The notes under the pieces: generated by a model
Databases searched by the model: none
The model's input: the letters and a program-made list of their open reading frames with translations, nothing else
Told to the model about the DNA's origin: nothing
Source of the DNA: Vitrella brassicaformis CCMP3155
Lineage: Eukaryota; Protista; Chromerida
Reading direction: 5' to 3'
Length of the DNA: 64,000 bases
NCBI GenBank assembly: GCA_001179505.1
Contig: CDMY01000339.1
Span: forward strand, 1-64,000
Shown: positions 24,638 through 36,782 of the stretch, one piece after another
Position numbering within the stretch: position 1 is the stretch's first letter
Layout of the letters: every line of letters begins with the position of its first letter
Made by a program: the position numbers and the translations under genes

Positions 24638-26663
24638 TCACGCGCTGATGACGACTTGTCCCGTGTCGCTGCGCACCGGCCCTCCGCCAATGACGTTCTC
24701 GGCCACAGAGCGGACGCGAGGCAGCAGAAAGCCGCTCGGTGTCACCTCCACTGCCACCGGCTTGACCATCATGTGCTGCAGGGCCGCCTCGTGCTCGCAC
24801 GGCCAGAAGACGTCGGCGCACTTGGAGGCGAAGGCACGCTTCTCCTCGACAGACGCAAAGGAGACGGCTCTGGCACATCTGCCGCGGTAGGAGGACGGGG
24901 CATGACAGCTTATGCCGCCAGCACCAACCGACCAACCTGACATACAAACAAACAAATGGATACTTACAGGATTCGGGCTATCAGTGACACTTCCTTACCC
25001 ACAGGACACTTTGATGTGTAGTCTCTGCTGCAGGTAAGCTTGCATGGCCACTGGACGCCGCACTTGCTCTCAAACTCCTTCTTGTCATCCACTGTGGCTG
25101 CGAAGAGGTCATAGTTTTCGTCACCGCACTCACCAAAGTATGAGGGAGGAGGCTAGCCGTCACGTACCGCACACACAGGCATACGGACATACAGACACAA
25201 ATTGGTTGGCTGGCTGGCTGATTGATGGATGGATGGATGTATTCACCTTGCACGAGGCGAGGTCATCGGCAAGCGGCCAATTTCGCGGACATACGAACGA
25301 GTAGTCCTGCACAAAGACATAATACAGAGAATGACAACACCGATGGATGCGATGCATCAATGCTTGTGTCTCTCTCTTGTCTGCAGCGCCAGCCATGTGT
25401 ATGTTTAACATACCTTGTCGCAAGTCGACTTGCATGGGTACAGCACGTCGCATCTCTTCGCAAAGGCCATCTTGAGAGCGGGCTGCACACAAATGTGATA
25501 CATCCCCACATCCACACATAATCCACACATCCATCGCATTATATCCTCTCGTCTGTCTGTCGCTGTCTGTGTTCATTCATTTACTTTGAGGAGGGCGAGT
25601 GGCTCTTGAGATCTGCATTTGGTGTAGGACGGCGGCGCCACACAAGTGCCGTTCATGAAGTCCGTCCAGCCCATCGGGCAGTTGGCCAAGTAGTCTCTCT
25701 CGCACTCGCTGACACACGGCCAATGCACTGAGCACGAGGCGCTCCTGAGACACACAGCAAGATAGATACAGCCACGCATGCACGTGCCCCCCGGCTGGCT
25801 GACCAGTGCTGTTTCTGAGCTTCGTCCAAAAGGGCGAAGGTGAACTCTCTGCTGCAGCGCGCCATGTACGCTGCTGGTGCTCGGCACTTGCCGCCGCCAA
25901 TGTCAATCCAGCCTACGTCACACACACAGTCAGTTGTGAGACACATACCAGGCACACAGGCATCCATCCACCGACCTTGTGGGCAGAGTTGGGTGTAGTC
26001 GTGGTTGCACACCGACTGGCAGGGCCATCTGACCTCACAGTCTGTCTCCAATTTCTTTTTGGCGTCGGGTGACATGTACAAAAATATCCCACTCCTGCCG
26101 CACGGACCTACATCAATTGGAACAGGGAAACCATACATTCACATGACATTGTCCCTCTCTCTCTGTGACGTCTATCTGTTTATGTACCTTTGTAGGTCGC
26201 TGGTGCATGGCACGTCTGGCCGTCGTCGGCATCCTCCCAGCCACGCGGGCACAGCTTCTCGTAGTCACGTGCGCACAACTGACAGACAGCCAAAGAGACA
26301 GGATTTTTTGGTTGAATGCATGTGTGTACCTGTCGAGTCGGCTCTTCCTTCAGGCTTGCTGCCTCCTCCTCGTTGTGCACTCGTGTCTCGTTGGCGACGC
26401 TTATGGCCTCAAGCGCAACATCATGAATCTGACACGGAGCCATTCACACCGATGCAGCCACTGTATCTTGTCCATGTAATGATGCTTACGCCTTCGAAGA
26501 GAGCTATCTCTGCGTCCTTGGAGGCCTGTGTCTCAGCTCTTGTCGCCTCCTCCAGCTTGAGCCCCTGCTGCACCGCGGGAGACACAGGAAGGAGTGCATG
26601 GCCGAGAGTCGCCCTCACGACAACCAGCAGCGCAGCGACAGCCAAGTGATGAGAGGAACGCAT
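24638..26663 (-). CDS. CPW-WPC domain secreted protein (copy A, complete, ~10 exons)
   Basis: The signal peptide is MRSSHHLAVAALLVVVRATLGHA. Repeated modules follow: CARDYEKLCPRGW..CHAPATYKG..CEVRWPC; CNHDYTQLCPQGW..HWPC; CERDYLANCPMGW..YPC; ..QWPC; ..FWPC. Confidence 0.9.
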
Positions 26664-26877
26664 GATGCTTCACACGCGCCAACGAGTTGTTTATTTCACA
26701 GTCACTCGCCAGTCAGCCGTTTATTTCACACATTCAGATACGTTTGATCGCTTTGTACACTCAAAACACAAACAACGCACACGTACTGTACCGAAAAAGC
26801 GAGCGAGTCACATCACAGACATAGAAAAGCACAACCAGACCAGATGAGCGGCAGAATCGCCATTTTCCGTTCACTCT

Positions 26878-28755
26878 TCAGTCCAGGCCCATCTGCTTCT
26901 TGAGTCGTTCCAGCTCTAAGTCGACAGTGGCCTGCCGCGCCGCTTCCTTGTCAGACAACCCAGTCCACTGACCCCTGCACCACACACAGAGACACAACAG
27001 ACACAGCATGCGCTATCTGTCTATCCTTTCACTCTCGCCTTCACTCACCTCTGTGGTTGTCGTGGTTTCGACGCCACCTCGACGGTTATCGACTTTGCCG
27101 CTCCCTCACCCTCGCCACTCGACAAGTCGTCCACTATCTCTATCTGCCGCGCCCTTGACGGAGGAGGGGAGGGCGAGGCGGGAGGCTCCTCCCCTTTGCC
27201 ATAGATGGGGATCACTCTTTCGCGTGGCTCTTCGAGATTCCAGTCGCGGCCAGTGCCACCTGGGAAATAGGAGAGCTCGGCATATTTCTTGTTGAGTATC
27301 CTCGACCGAGACTCCAGCTTGCGGATGTACTCCTGATGACAGAGGGACAGGAAAGAGCGCCTGAGTGGTGTCGTGGGCAGAGAGCATTCACCCACCTGTA
27401 GCTGATCGATTTGCGCCTTCAGCCCCGCTGACTTCTCGACAGCCTTCATCTCATCCTCCAGCCTGCACAATGAAAGATGACAAACACCATTCTCAGCCGC
27501 CTGCCTACTTCTCATGCGGTGTGCTCACTTTGCTGCTTTCATGAGGAGGTCGTCGCCCATGCCCTTTTCCTTGAACTGGCGGACCACCCTGTCGGCCTTT
27601 AGCTTCTCGCGCTCGAGGTCTCCGCACTTGGACCTGCACCAGAAACACCGTTGTATATCAGTATGGATGTCCCTAGGTGGGTGCTGTGAGTGTGGCGGTC
27701 ACCTCAGCTGTTCGAGAAGGTTGTCGGTGGCATTCATCTCTTTCCTGATCTCATCCACGTTGCCGCGAAGAAACATCTCCTCGAGCTCAGCCTGACGACA
27801 CGCAATCAAATGCATACAATTGACGCTCCGCCCGATGCTGTCTGGTCTGCCTCGGTTCCCCACCGACCTCCATGCCTTCCTCCGTCAGGTTGTCTTCGAG
27901 GAACTCGACCACATCTTTGAGCAGCTTGTTCGCCCCCTGCGAGGCGATCATCTTGAACGCCTCGCCAAGGATGCGGCCCAGGCCCTCACTCGATCCCCCT
28001 CCCAGCGCCTGCATTGCCTGCGACACGTCCATCTCTGCCGGCTGCTGTGCTCCTGATGATGGAGGCGCTGTTGGTGGCGATGAGGTGACGGGTTCGGGGG
28101 CAGGGGCAGTCGGTGGCTTGGCAGGAGCTGGAGTGGGAGGTGAGGGCGTGACAGGGGTGATCGGGGCGGCACTGCCCGTCAGCTTCTCGCGTAGCCTACG
28201 GCCGTCGTAGGCTGCCCGCTTGTTGATGTCCCTGTGAGAACGACCAACAGGATGATTCCCATGCCGTTTGCTCATCCGCTGTCAGTGCGAACATACCTGA
28301 GTGTTTCATATGCCTCCGTCAGTAGCTGGTACTTTGCAGATGCCTCCGGTGAAGCGTCAACCTCGGGATGTACGTCAGCCGACTGCACACAACACGCCAG
28401 GTCACATCACACCAGATCACGTCAGGTCAAGGATGCACAATGAGTCAATGTGTGATGGTGGACGTACCAGTCGCCTGTAGGCCTTCTTGATCTGCCTAGC
28501 GTCAGCATTCTCAGCCACACCGAGCACCTCATAGAAAGACTCGGGCGCTTTGTCGCCGTCGTCACTCATCCGCAGCGCATGAATGCCCCTCCTCCGAGAG
28601 TGCCGTGGCGACGCTCTCTGGCCATGGCCAGATCTCTGCCATGGTTGCCGGGGTGCAGGGACGAGGAAGGACAAGTGATCTGCCCTGACGGCAGCAGAGG
28701 CAGCGTGGAAAACCCAGGCTGCTGAAGCGAATGCCAGATGCATCAACACACTCAT
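26878..28755 (-). CDS. J-domain-like protein (HPE instead of HPD) with coiled-coil C-terminus, putative plastid leader, multi-exon
   Basis: Spliced sequence reads SFYEVLGVAENADARQIKKAYRRL|SADVHPEVDASPEASAKYQLLTEAYETLR..DINKRAAYD. The leader is MSVLMHLAFASAAWVFHAASAA..LSF..R-rich..ALRMSD. The protein ends VDLELERLKKQMGLD*. Confidence 0.8.
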
Positions 28756-28868
28756 GCTGCAGCTGCAGGGGAAGCTCTGGGATGGCGAGAGGCTCCTTTT
28801 CCCGCTTGCCTTCATGCATAAGCTCGCGTGCGATCGCTCTTCTATGTTCCATTCTCCACCACGTCGCA

Positions 28869-28944
28869 TTGCGCTGGAGGCCATGAACGTCGCCAACGAA
28901 ACACGAGTGCACCAAGTGTGAAGGAAGAGCCAACTCGACAGGTA
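28869..28944 (+). pseudogene. Isolated remnant of CPW-WPC exon 2 (belongs to inverted copy B)
   Basis: TTGCGCTGGAGGCCATGAACGTCGCCAACGAAACACGAGTGCAC..TGAAGGAAGAGCCAACTCGACAG|GTA aligns to copy A exon 2 (reverse complement of ~26331-26420). It has a ~16-nt internal deletion and retains the donor. Confidence 0.85.
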
Positions 28945-29036
28945 GGCAGACTGAAAGGGCGGAAGGGCGAGAGAGGAAGGACGGGACAAGATGTGAGGTG
29001 CTGCGGACGTGTCCTGTTCAGCAAGAGATCGAGAAG

Positions 29037-29849
29037 ATGGATGTGCCAAACGCACCGGCAGTGTGGTCGCCGCATCGAAGGTTTTTCGGGTTGGCTCCAG
29101 CGACAACATGTTGCTGCGGCTGCACGCTGCAGATGGAAATGTACATCTTCGGAGTGCTGTCCATCATATGGGGGACGTTTGGGTTGCTCGGAGTCTTGTC
29201 GGGCAGCGGCTTTCTTCCGTTTGTCTTCCAGACGGCCATCAATCTTGGCTTCGGCTATCTTGCGTGGAGAGCTGCGGCCGACCTGCATCTGCCCTCAGCC
29301 AAGCTCTACTACTTCTACAGAGTATTCCTGGCGGTCCTCTCGACACTGGTGTTCCTCTGGGCACTGGTGTTCCTCTTTCTGCCATCTTTGAACGACCAGA
29401 TCGATCACGATATGGATGAGGCGATCAAGCAGGAGGAGGAGGCGAACCCTGACGGCCACCACCTCACCCCACAGCAGACAAAACGACTCGACGACTTCAT
29501 CATCGTGTGCCTGGTGCTCAGTTTCCCCGGCTGTCTGCTGTCGTTATACTTGTGCTTCGTTGTGTGGTCCTTCAAAGAACGAGTCAGCAGAGGAGAGGTG
29601 CTGGTGGTCACGACTGGGCTGCACCCCGTCTCGGCCCATTTGGCTGGCTACACAGTGGGAGGTGTGCCGACCGCCCCGCCAATGGCCGACAGCGTGCGTG
29701 TGGTGCACAATGTGAGCGTGGCTGGGGGCGACCCGGCGCGACAGCCGCTGAGAAGCAACGACTACCTGCCCGCCGCAGATGGACCGGTTGCGCCCGAGTC
29801 TCAGCCGCTGGTCCAGCAAACACCGAGAGAAGACAACCAGCAGCCATAG
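29037..29849 (+). CDS. Intronless multi-pass (about 4 TM) membrane protein with N-terminal CCCGC motif
   Basis: A single uninterrupted ORF reads MDVPNAP..TTCCCGCTLQMEMYIFGVLSIIWG... It has four hydrophobic segments, an acidic loop (DEAIKQEEEAN) and a low-complexity tail. Confidence 0.8.
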   Translation: MDVPNAPAVWSPHRRFFGLAPATTCCCGCTLQMEMYIFGVLSIIWGTFGLLGVLSGSGFLPFVFQTAINLGFGYLAWRAAADLHLPSAKLYYFYRVFLAVLSTLVFLWALVFLFLPSLNDQIDHDMDEAIKQEEEANPDGHHLTPQQTKRLDDFIIVCLVLSFPGCLLSLYLCFVVWSFKERVSRGEVLVVTTGLHPVSAHLAGYTVGGVPTAPPMADSVRVVHNVSVAGGDPARQPLRSNDYLPAADGPVAPESQPLVQQTPREDNQQP

Positions 29850-29944
29850 CAACATGATTCCTTCTCTGAGGAGGCTTGCTCAAGCTCTGCTATATCACAT
29901 CTACAGCTCCCTCTCTCTCCCTCTCTCTCTCTCTCTCCGGGTGG

Positions 29945-30560
29945 TGTGTTTGCCTGTCCCTTTCGCTGTCGAGACGTGCGGCCGATGGGGGCAGCAGACC
30001 ATCGACTTGCTGCACAAACTGGCCCGCCGCCGTGCTCCCCCACCGGCCTGCTGTGAAGAGGATCGGGCGTCGTTTATGCGGATTTCATGAGCCCTGTGCG
30101 GCAGAGGCGCAGGCCCAGCAGCGGGCGAATGCCTTTTTTGAGAACCCCATCTCTCGTGGCCCCTATCGCCCGCATTTCCGTATTTTTTTGCTTAGGACCG
30201 GCCGTGATAGTCAGGGCCGGTGGGGTGTGGTGCATCGGTGTAAGTGCGTAGGGTGATGGGTTCGCCTGGGTGATCCTGGGGCCTTGTGCTTTGCGGTCAT
30301 TGACTTCGTTCGTCGGTGCTGGTTGCGTGTGCCAGCCATGTGATTTGGGCTTTGGCCGACTGGGATAGGATGTCCATGCGGTTGATCTGGTCGGTGTGAA
30401 GGTGTGTAGTCTCCGGCCGTGGGATTCCGGTCGTCGGTTGTTTTGTGTTGGTTGTTGCCTTCGTGTTGGACTCGTCGATCAGGCGTCTGGTCGTCCTTTT
30501 TCATTCAACGTTCCTCTCAAGACAGACTGACACATGCAATCAATCAACAAGCCAATAATT
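29945..30560 (+). mobile_element. 5'-truncated 3' end of a second RLE (CRE-like) LINE family plus 3' UTR, degenerate
   Basis: It reads VPFAVETCGRWGQQTIDLLHKLARRR..SFMRIS* then ..AQQRANAFF, matching the P-F-A-x-E-T-x-G-x-W-G and Q-R-x-N-A RLE tail motifs. It starts next to a (CT)n tract and ends in CAATCAATCAACAAGCCAATAA. Confidence 0.65.
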
Positions 30561-30564
30561 CTGT

Positions 30565-32400
30565 CTGTCTCTTTGGCTGTCTGTCAGTTGTGCGCACGTG
30601 ACTACGAGAAGCTGTGCCCGCGTGGCTGGGAGGATGCCGACGACGGCCAGACGTGCCATGCACCAGCGACCTACAAAGGTACATAAACAGATAGACGTCA
30701 CAGAGAGAGAGGGACAATGTCATGTGAATGTATGGTTTCCCTGTTCCAATTGATGTAGGTCCGTGCGGCAGGAGTGGGATATTTTTGTACATGTCACCCG
30801 ACGCCAAAAAGAAATTGGAGACAGACTGTGAGGTCAGATGGCCCTGCCAGTCGGTGTGCAACCACGACTACACCCAACTCTGCCCACAAGGTCGGTGGAT
30901 GGATGCCTGTGTGCCTGGGATGCATGTGTCTCGTGACTGACTGTGTGTGTGACGTAGGCTGGATTGACATTGGCGGCGGCAAGTGCCGAGCACCAGCGGC
31001 GTACATGGCGCGCTGCAGCAGAGAGTTCACCTTCGCCCTATTGAACGAAGTTCAAAAACAGCACTGGTCAGTCAGCCGGCTGCCATGTGCGTGCGTGGCT
31101 GTATCTATCTTGCTGTGTGTCTCAGGAGCGCATCGTGCTCAGTGCATTGGCCGTGTGTCAGCGAGTGCGAGAGAGACTACTTGGCCAACTGCCCGATGGG
31201 CTGGACGGACCTCATGAACGGCACTTGTGTGGCGCCGCCGTCCTACACCAAATGCAAATCTGAAGAGCCGCTCGCACTCCTCAAAGTAAGTAGATCAACA
31301 CAGCAGACGATATAATGCGATGTATATATGTGTGGAATATGTGTGGATGTATCACATTTGTGTGCAGCCCGCACTCAAGATGGCCTTTGCGAAGAGATGC
31401 GACGTGCTGTACCCATGCAAGTCGACATGCGACAAGGTATGTTAAACATACAATAGATGGCGCTACAGACAAGAGAGAGACACAAGCATTGATGCATCGC
31501 ATCCATCGGTGTTGTCCTTCTCTGTATTATGTCTTTGTGCAGGACTACTCGTTCGTATGTCCGCGAAATTGGCCGCTTGCCGATGACCTCGCCTCGTGCA
31601 AGGTGAACACATCCATCCATCCATCCATCAATCAGCCAGCCAACCAACCAATTTGTGTCTGTATGTCTGTATGTCTGTGTGTGCGGTACGTGACGGCTAG
31701 CCTCCTCCCTCATACTTTGGTGAGTGCGGTGACGAAAACTATGACCTCTTCGCAGCCACAGTGGAGGACAAGAAGGAGTTTGAGAGCAAGTGCGGCGTCC
31801 AGTGGCCATGCAAGCTTACCTGCAGCAGAGACTACACATCAAAGTGTCCTGTCGGTAAGGCACATCCATGCATTGTCTGTCCACTGTGTATATATCCATT
31901 TGTTTGTTTGTATGTCAGGTTGGTCGATTGGTGCTGACGGCATAAGCTGTCATGCCCCGTCCTCCTACCGCGGCAGATGTGCCAGAGCCGTCTCCTTTGC
32001 GTCTGTCGAGGAGAAGCGTGCCTTCGCCTCCAAGTGCGCCGACGTCTTCTGGCCTTGCGAGCACGAGGCGGCCCTGCAGCACATGATGGTCAAGCCGGTG
32101 GCAGTGGAGGTGACACCGAGCGGCTTTCTGCTGCCTCGCGTCCGCTCTGTGGCCGAGAACGTCATTGGCGGAGGGCCGGTGCGCAGCGACACGGGACAGT
32201 TCGTCATCAGCAGGGGGTGACTGATGCCATTGGTGTGGTGTGAGAGCTCGTGAGACACCATGGTGCATGCGACTCATGCATACGCCGCTGGGCGGTGCTG
32301 ACTGACAGACTCATCTTAAGTGAATATGGCCGTCAATGCATGAATTCCATCCATCGGTGCACCGCAATGAATCGGGTAGCTGTGTGTGTGTAACACAATT
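30565..32400 (+). pseudogene. CPW-WPC copy B: inverted duplicate of exons 3-10 with introns and 3' flank; no signal-peptide exon found
   Basis: It is near-identical to the reverse complement of ~24465-26305, including introns. Exons 30588-32220 remain open, with substitutions such as DEAQK>NEVQK and DFMNG>DLMNG. Confidence 0.85.
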
Positions 32401-32514
32401 TGTTGCGAAGAGATACGCGAACGGTTTTTTCCCGGGCGCTGCTGTTTTCTCTCTCTACGGACGCATTCAGCTGCAGCCATCGTGAGTCTATTGACAGTGA
32501 AGGCGCGTTTGAAG

Positions 32515-34267
32515 TCAACAAGAAAAGGGAGGGCATCGATCATGCAATGGCAAATCGACTGTCCCCTCTACTGCTCTACACGGCATGCATGTCGGTCCGT
32601 TGACAGGCTCCCTGGCCACCCACCCGCCGTCACAGGCATGGAAATCGCCGCACTGCCACTTTGCCGCCCACGGCGCCCTCACGGCCTCGAGGGGATTCTC
32701 GTAAGGATTGCCTGGATGGATGGACAGACAGACAGACAGACAGACAATGGGACGCAGTGGCTGGGTAGCTCAAGGAGAGCCCTAAAATACCTCGTGTGAG
32801 ATGGAAGACCCCCCTGTGCAGGTCCATGATAATGGTCGATATCGTGCCACTCATCAGCTCATACCTAAACACCACACACACACGCCCACACACACACACA
32901 TGGCAGGGGGCTATCCATCCATCCATCCATTCATCCCTCTTAGCGCACTCCATCTGCTCACGTGTCAAGCTTGTAAGGCCGTTGGATGGGATACTCTGCA
33001 TTGGACCGGTCTGCAAGCATCTTGTGGATGTCGGGGAGCAGTGGAGGGCCGCTCAGCTGCTGTAGCAGCCCGTCCAGCGTGTGGAACCGTGCATACGACG
33101 ATTCACTGCCTGTGACTTGGTTCTGAAGGCCGCAGCCCAGATAATGATTGGTGTGGAATGGGATGGAGTGGGAGAAAGGCCGGGAGGGGCACTTGTCGGT
33201 CGCCGGCAGACATTTGATCTCATCCATCGCTGAGTCACACAGCAAGAGAGGGGCACAGGGAGGGAAGCAACGAGTGAGCACGTGCCCGCCGTCTCTCTGT
33301 CATCCCATCGTCGCATGCTTACTTTCTCTCGAGAATTCGAGCATGTGGCAGGTCGATGTCCTGTCGGCCATGATGATGCAGCTGGCTGTATCCCTCATCC
33401 TCTGCGGCAGGGCCCTCAGCTTCGCCAGGGCGTCGCCCACGGAGTGCGAGTCCAGCACCATCCTCAAGATAATGTGGATAGGCACCCCATAGTTTGGCGG
33501 AGGCACAGTGCCTGGCGGCGGTGCGGGAGCCTTCTCGGTCAGCAGATTCAGCGTCACGCCCACACCCGCGCTGTTCATGCCTATCTGGGTGGACACACAG
33601 CAACACAGACAAACAACGCTGGCCCCCTTCCCCTGACCTCTCTGTCATACGCACCTTTCCTATTATCCCCGGTTCTGTCAGCATCATGATCTGCGATCCG
33701 TCAGGCTTGTCCATAAGCATGAGAACAACCAAATCCTCCAGCGTCTCATCCCAGTCCCAATTCTGTGCCAGCAGGCCGGCACGCGCGTTGCAGAGAGCGG
33801 TGCACTCACTCGGGGCAGAGGAGGCGTCAGCCCCCTCGAGAAGGCTCTTCTTGTAGTTAAGAAGCTCAGTGCGGCAATTTAGCGTGTACACCTGCAGCAA
33901 AGAAACAGACGGTATACACACATAATATCAATGGCAGACAAACGGTCCACATCCAATCCAATGAGAGGCGACTCACGCACCGCCCGTTGCCTGTGAGCGA
34001 CTGACTGACCTGCCATGCTGGCATGTTGGCCCCCTCTGCAATGCCCTCCAGCTCCTCTGTGTACGCCGGGTTGAAGTTCCGGATGCTGGTTGCGAACCCC
34101 TGGCACTGCTCCTCTATCTCGCTCTCAGTGAAGTGCCACTTCTGCCTGAAGAAGTCCATATAAAAGGTGCTGGTGGCTCTTATCCGCTCTGCGATGGCGG
34201 CGCCATGCTGCCGCCCCAGCTCTCGCCAGCTGGTGGCTCCGGATATCTTGACCAGAGGAACCTTCAT
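32515..34267 (-). CDS. Peptidase C45 / acyl-CoA:6-APA acyltransferase-like Ntn hydrolase, multi-exon
   Basis: Motifs read RELGRQHG, EELEGIAEGA, LNCRTEL, nucleophile SE-CTAL (Cys codon 33802-33804), LLAQNWDW, TEPGIIGKIGMNSAGVGVTLNLL, GVPIHIILRMVL, HTNHY and TISTIIMDL..TRGNP. Confidence 0.85.
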
Positions 34268-34632
34268 CGATAGACAGCCTTCCTGCACTGCACACACAAG
34301 CAGAGCACATGTGATATGCACAGGCATCACAATCGCAAGGCATATGATGAGTGCCATCGCGCATTCTCACCTTGGACAACGCGTTCAATGAAGATGAGGT
34401 GAAGATCTGCTCTTGTGGCAGTGTAATCAGCTGGCTGGCGCTCCAGGCGCTACCAAGCGCATCACCAAATCAGCCGCCTTCTTCCATGGCATTTCTAAGC
34501 TCGCAGCGGATCGCCGAAGGAAAAAAGAGAAGCACAGAGGCATGGAACGCACAGCGCAGAGCGTCTGATAGGGTGAGAGTTTGCAACAGTTGATTGTCCT
34601 CCAAAGGCTGCAACCCTTAATTGCCGTCCGCC

Positions 34633-36782
34633 ATGCCGCTGACGCCTGAAGAACAGCAGAAAATCGACACAGGTGACAATGACGCACCACTGAGCACTCA
34701 CATTTGCTTCGAGGGGCGCTAATCATTGTGTGTCTGACATGCTTCGGTGTTGCTGTGCAGTCGCGGAGGTTTTGAGGTCTACCCCGCAGGATGCCGTCAG
34801 GCTGCTCAACGCCACCAACTGGAACGTCGAGGTGAGCTCTCGGAAAGAGTGAATGAATGGTAACTGCTTGTGACTGACTGTCGATTCCTGAATGTCGCTG
34901 ACTGACAGGAGGCCGTCGCGTTGGCCATCGAAGCACGCCGCGACCTGCCCGCCGAACGACAACACCAACTCGAACGCAAACAGTCACAACAGCAGCAGCA
35001 GCAGCAGCAGCAGCTCCCAGCACCAGTGCCAGTGCCCGTCACAGTGGACACCCACCAGCCGCAGCAGCCCTCCCCCGTGTCTGTGTCTTCGGCCGCTTCC
35101 AAGGCGGCGGCGTCGTCGTCGTCTCGCGGGTCGAGGGCGGAGCGGGAGAGGGAGAAGGTGCGTGCTGGGAGGAAGGTGCCGACCCTGGTGGTGAATGTGG
35201 TGCGCGCGCGGAAGCTCAAGCATGTGGGGGCGCACTCGATAGAGGTGGAGGTCGAGGGGTTCCCCTACAAGACACAGTTCGTGGAAGGTCAGTCAGGCAA
35301 GGAGGGCATCAACGAGACGGCACCGCACCCGTATTGATTCGATTGCATGGGGTTCGTTGTGTGCGTTGTGCTGGTGTTGTGGTGGTGGTCATTGTGTAGG
35401 CGATGAGCGTCCGGTTTTCCAGCGGGCGTTTGAGTTCACCAAGTTCCAGGACACGTCGTTCGTCCGGTTCACCGTCTACCACCAGAGGATGATGGTACGT
35501 ATGTATGTGTGTGTAGTCAGCCAACACGAGCACCCAGGGAAGAAGCCGCACACTCAGTTAACGACTTTCTCCCGTGGAAGTCTCTGTATGTCTGTGTCGG
35601 TGTTTGTCTATCAGTTTGGTGACAAGAGGGCGGCTGAGGCGCATTTCTCGTTGTCGAATTTGGGTGACGACTACAGCAAGAGGTGCACGGGATGGATCAC
35701 CCTCGAACACAAGGACAGATACGCCGGTATGGGTGTGCCGTACGCGTGAGGGAGTGGGATGGGTGGGACAGGCAACCACACGCCTCACTGGCGGCCGTCC
35801 ATCCTTGCGTCCCTCTGCCTGCCCTCCGTGTGTCCACACATGCAATGCAGGTGAGCTCCTATGCGACGTGTACGTCATCAAGCCTAAGACCGCCCCCGCC
35901 CCCCAGGCAGCACCACAGACATCCGTCGACAAGCAGGCACCCACACCCACACCAGCACCTAAGCCACAGGCAGAGTCCCTGCCCAACTTGATCGACTGGG
36001 ACGAGGGCGAGGCCACAGAGACGCCCACCCCCAAGCAGCAGGCACACCCCGCCGCCAACGCCCAGCCCGTCACCACACCCGTATCGGCATCCAGCGCATC
36101 CAACGCTGACTTGACGCTCAGGAACGGGCTGGACGACCTGCTGTCGGCAGAGATCGACAACGTCTTGCCCACCGTGCAGCAGCAGAGGGGAGACGAGGGG
36201 CAGCAGGTGACGGCAGCGGGAGGGGGAGGGGGAGGAGGAGCAGCGGGTGCAAGTGACGCCTTCAGGCCAGCATTCCACTCACCGTCCTTCTCGGAGGGGT
36301 TCGGCTCGCAGCAGTTTCCGGCGTTTCCCCAGATTGCTGGCGGTGGTGGCGGTGGTACGCCCCAAGCTCAGTCGGCCATGAGCCAGTCGTACCCCGCCCC
36401 CGCTCCCTCCTTCCCCGAGTACCCGCAGCGGAGCAGCACCTTCGCCTCGTCGATGCAGCCGTCGTCCCTCGGCTACCTCACCGCCTTCCAGCCAGGAATC
36501 GCACAAGCCATGGCCGCCCAGCAGCAACAGCACCAGCACCAGCAGCAGCAAGGGGGTCAGGGTGTCCCTGGCACCTACGCGACGATGCCTGGCGGGTTGC
36601 CTGGCGGCATGGGTATGCTGCACATGAGTGCTGGGCCGTCTGTGTCGTACAATGTGGGTGTGGGCGGCTCGCCGTCGGGGAGGTCGCCCTCTCTGGGCAG
36701 TGGGGGACAGTCGCCCACGATGTCTTCGACTCAGCAGCAGCAGCAGCAGCAGGCGGCGAGGAGGGGCTCGGTGCCCTACTAG
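34633..36782 (+). CDS. UBA-like + C2-domain protein with low-complexity Pro/Gln/Gly tail, multi-exon
   Basis: The spliced N-terminus reads MPLTPEEQQKIDTVAEVLRSTPQDAVRLLNATNWNVEEAVALAIE. A C2-like region follows: TLVVNVVRARKLK..YKTQFVEG..PVFQRAFEF..VRFTVYH..FGDKRAAEAHFSL..WITLE..GELLCDVYV. Confidence 0.7.
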
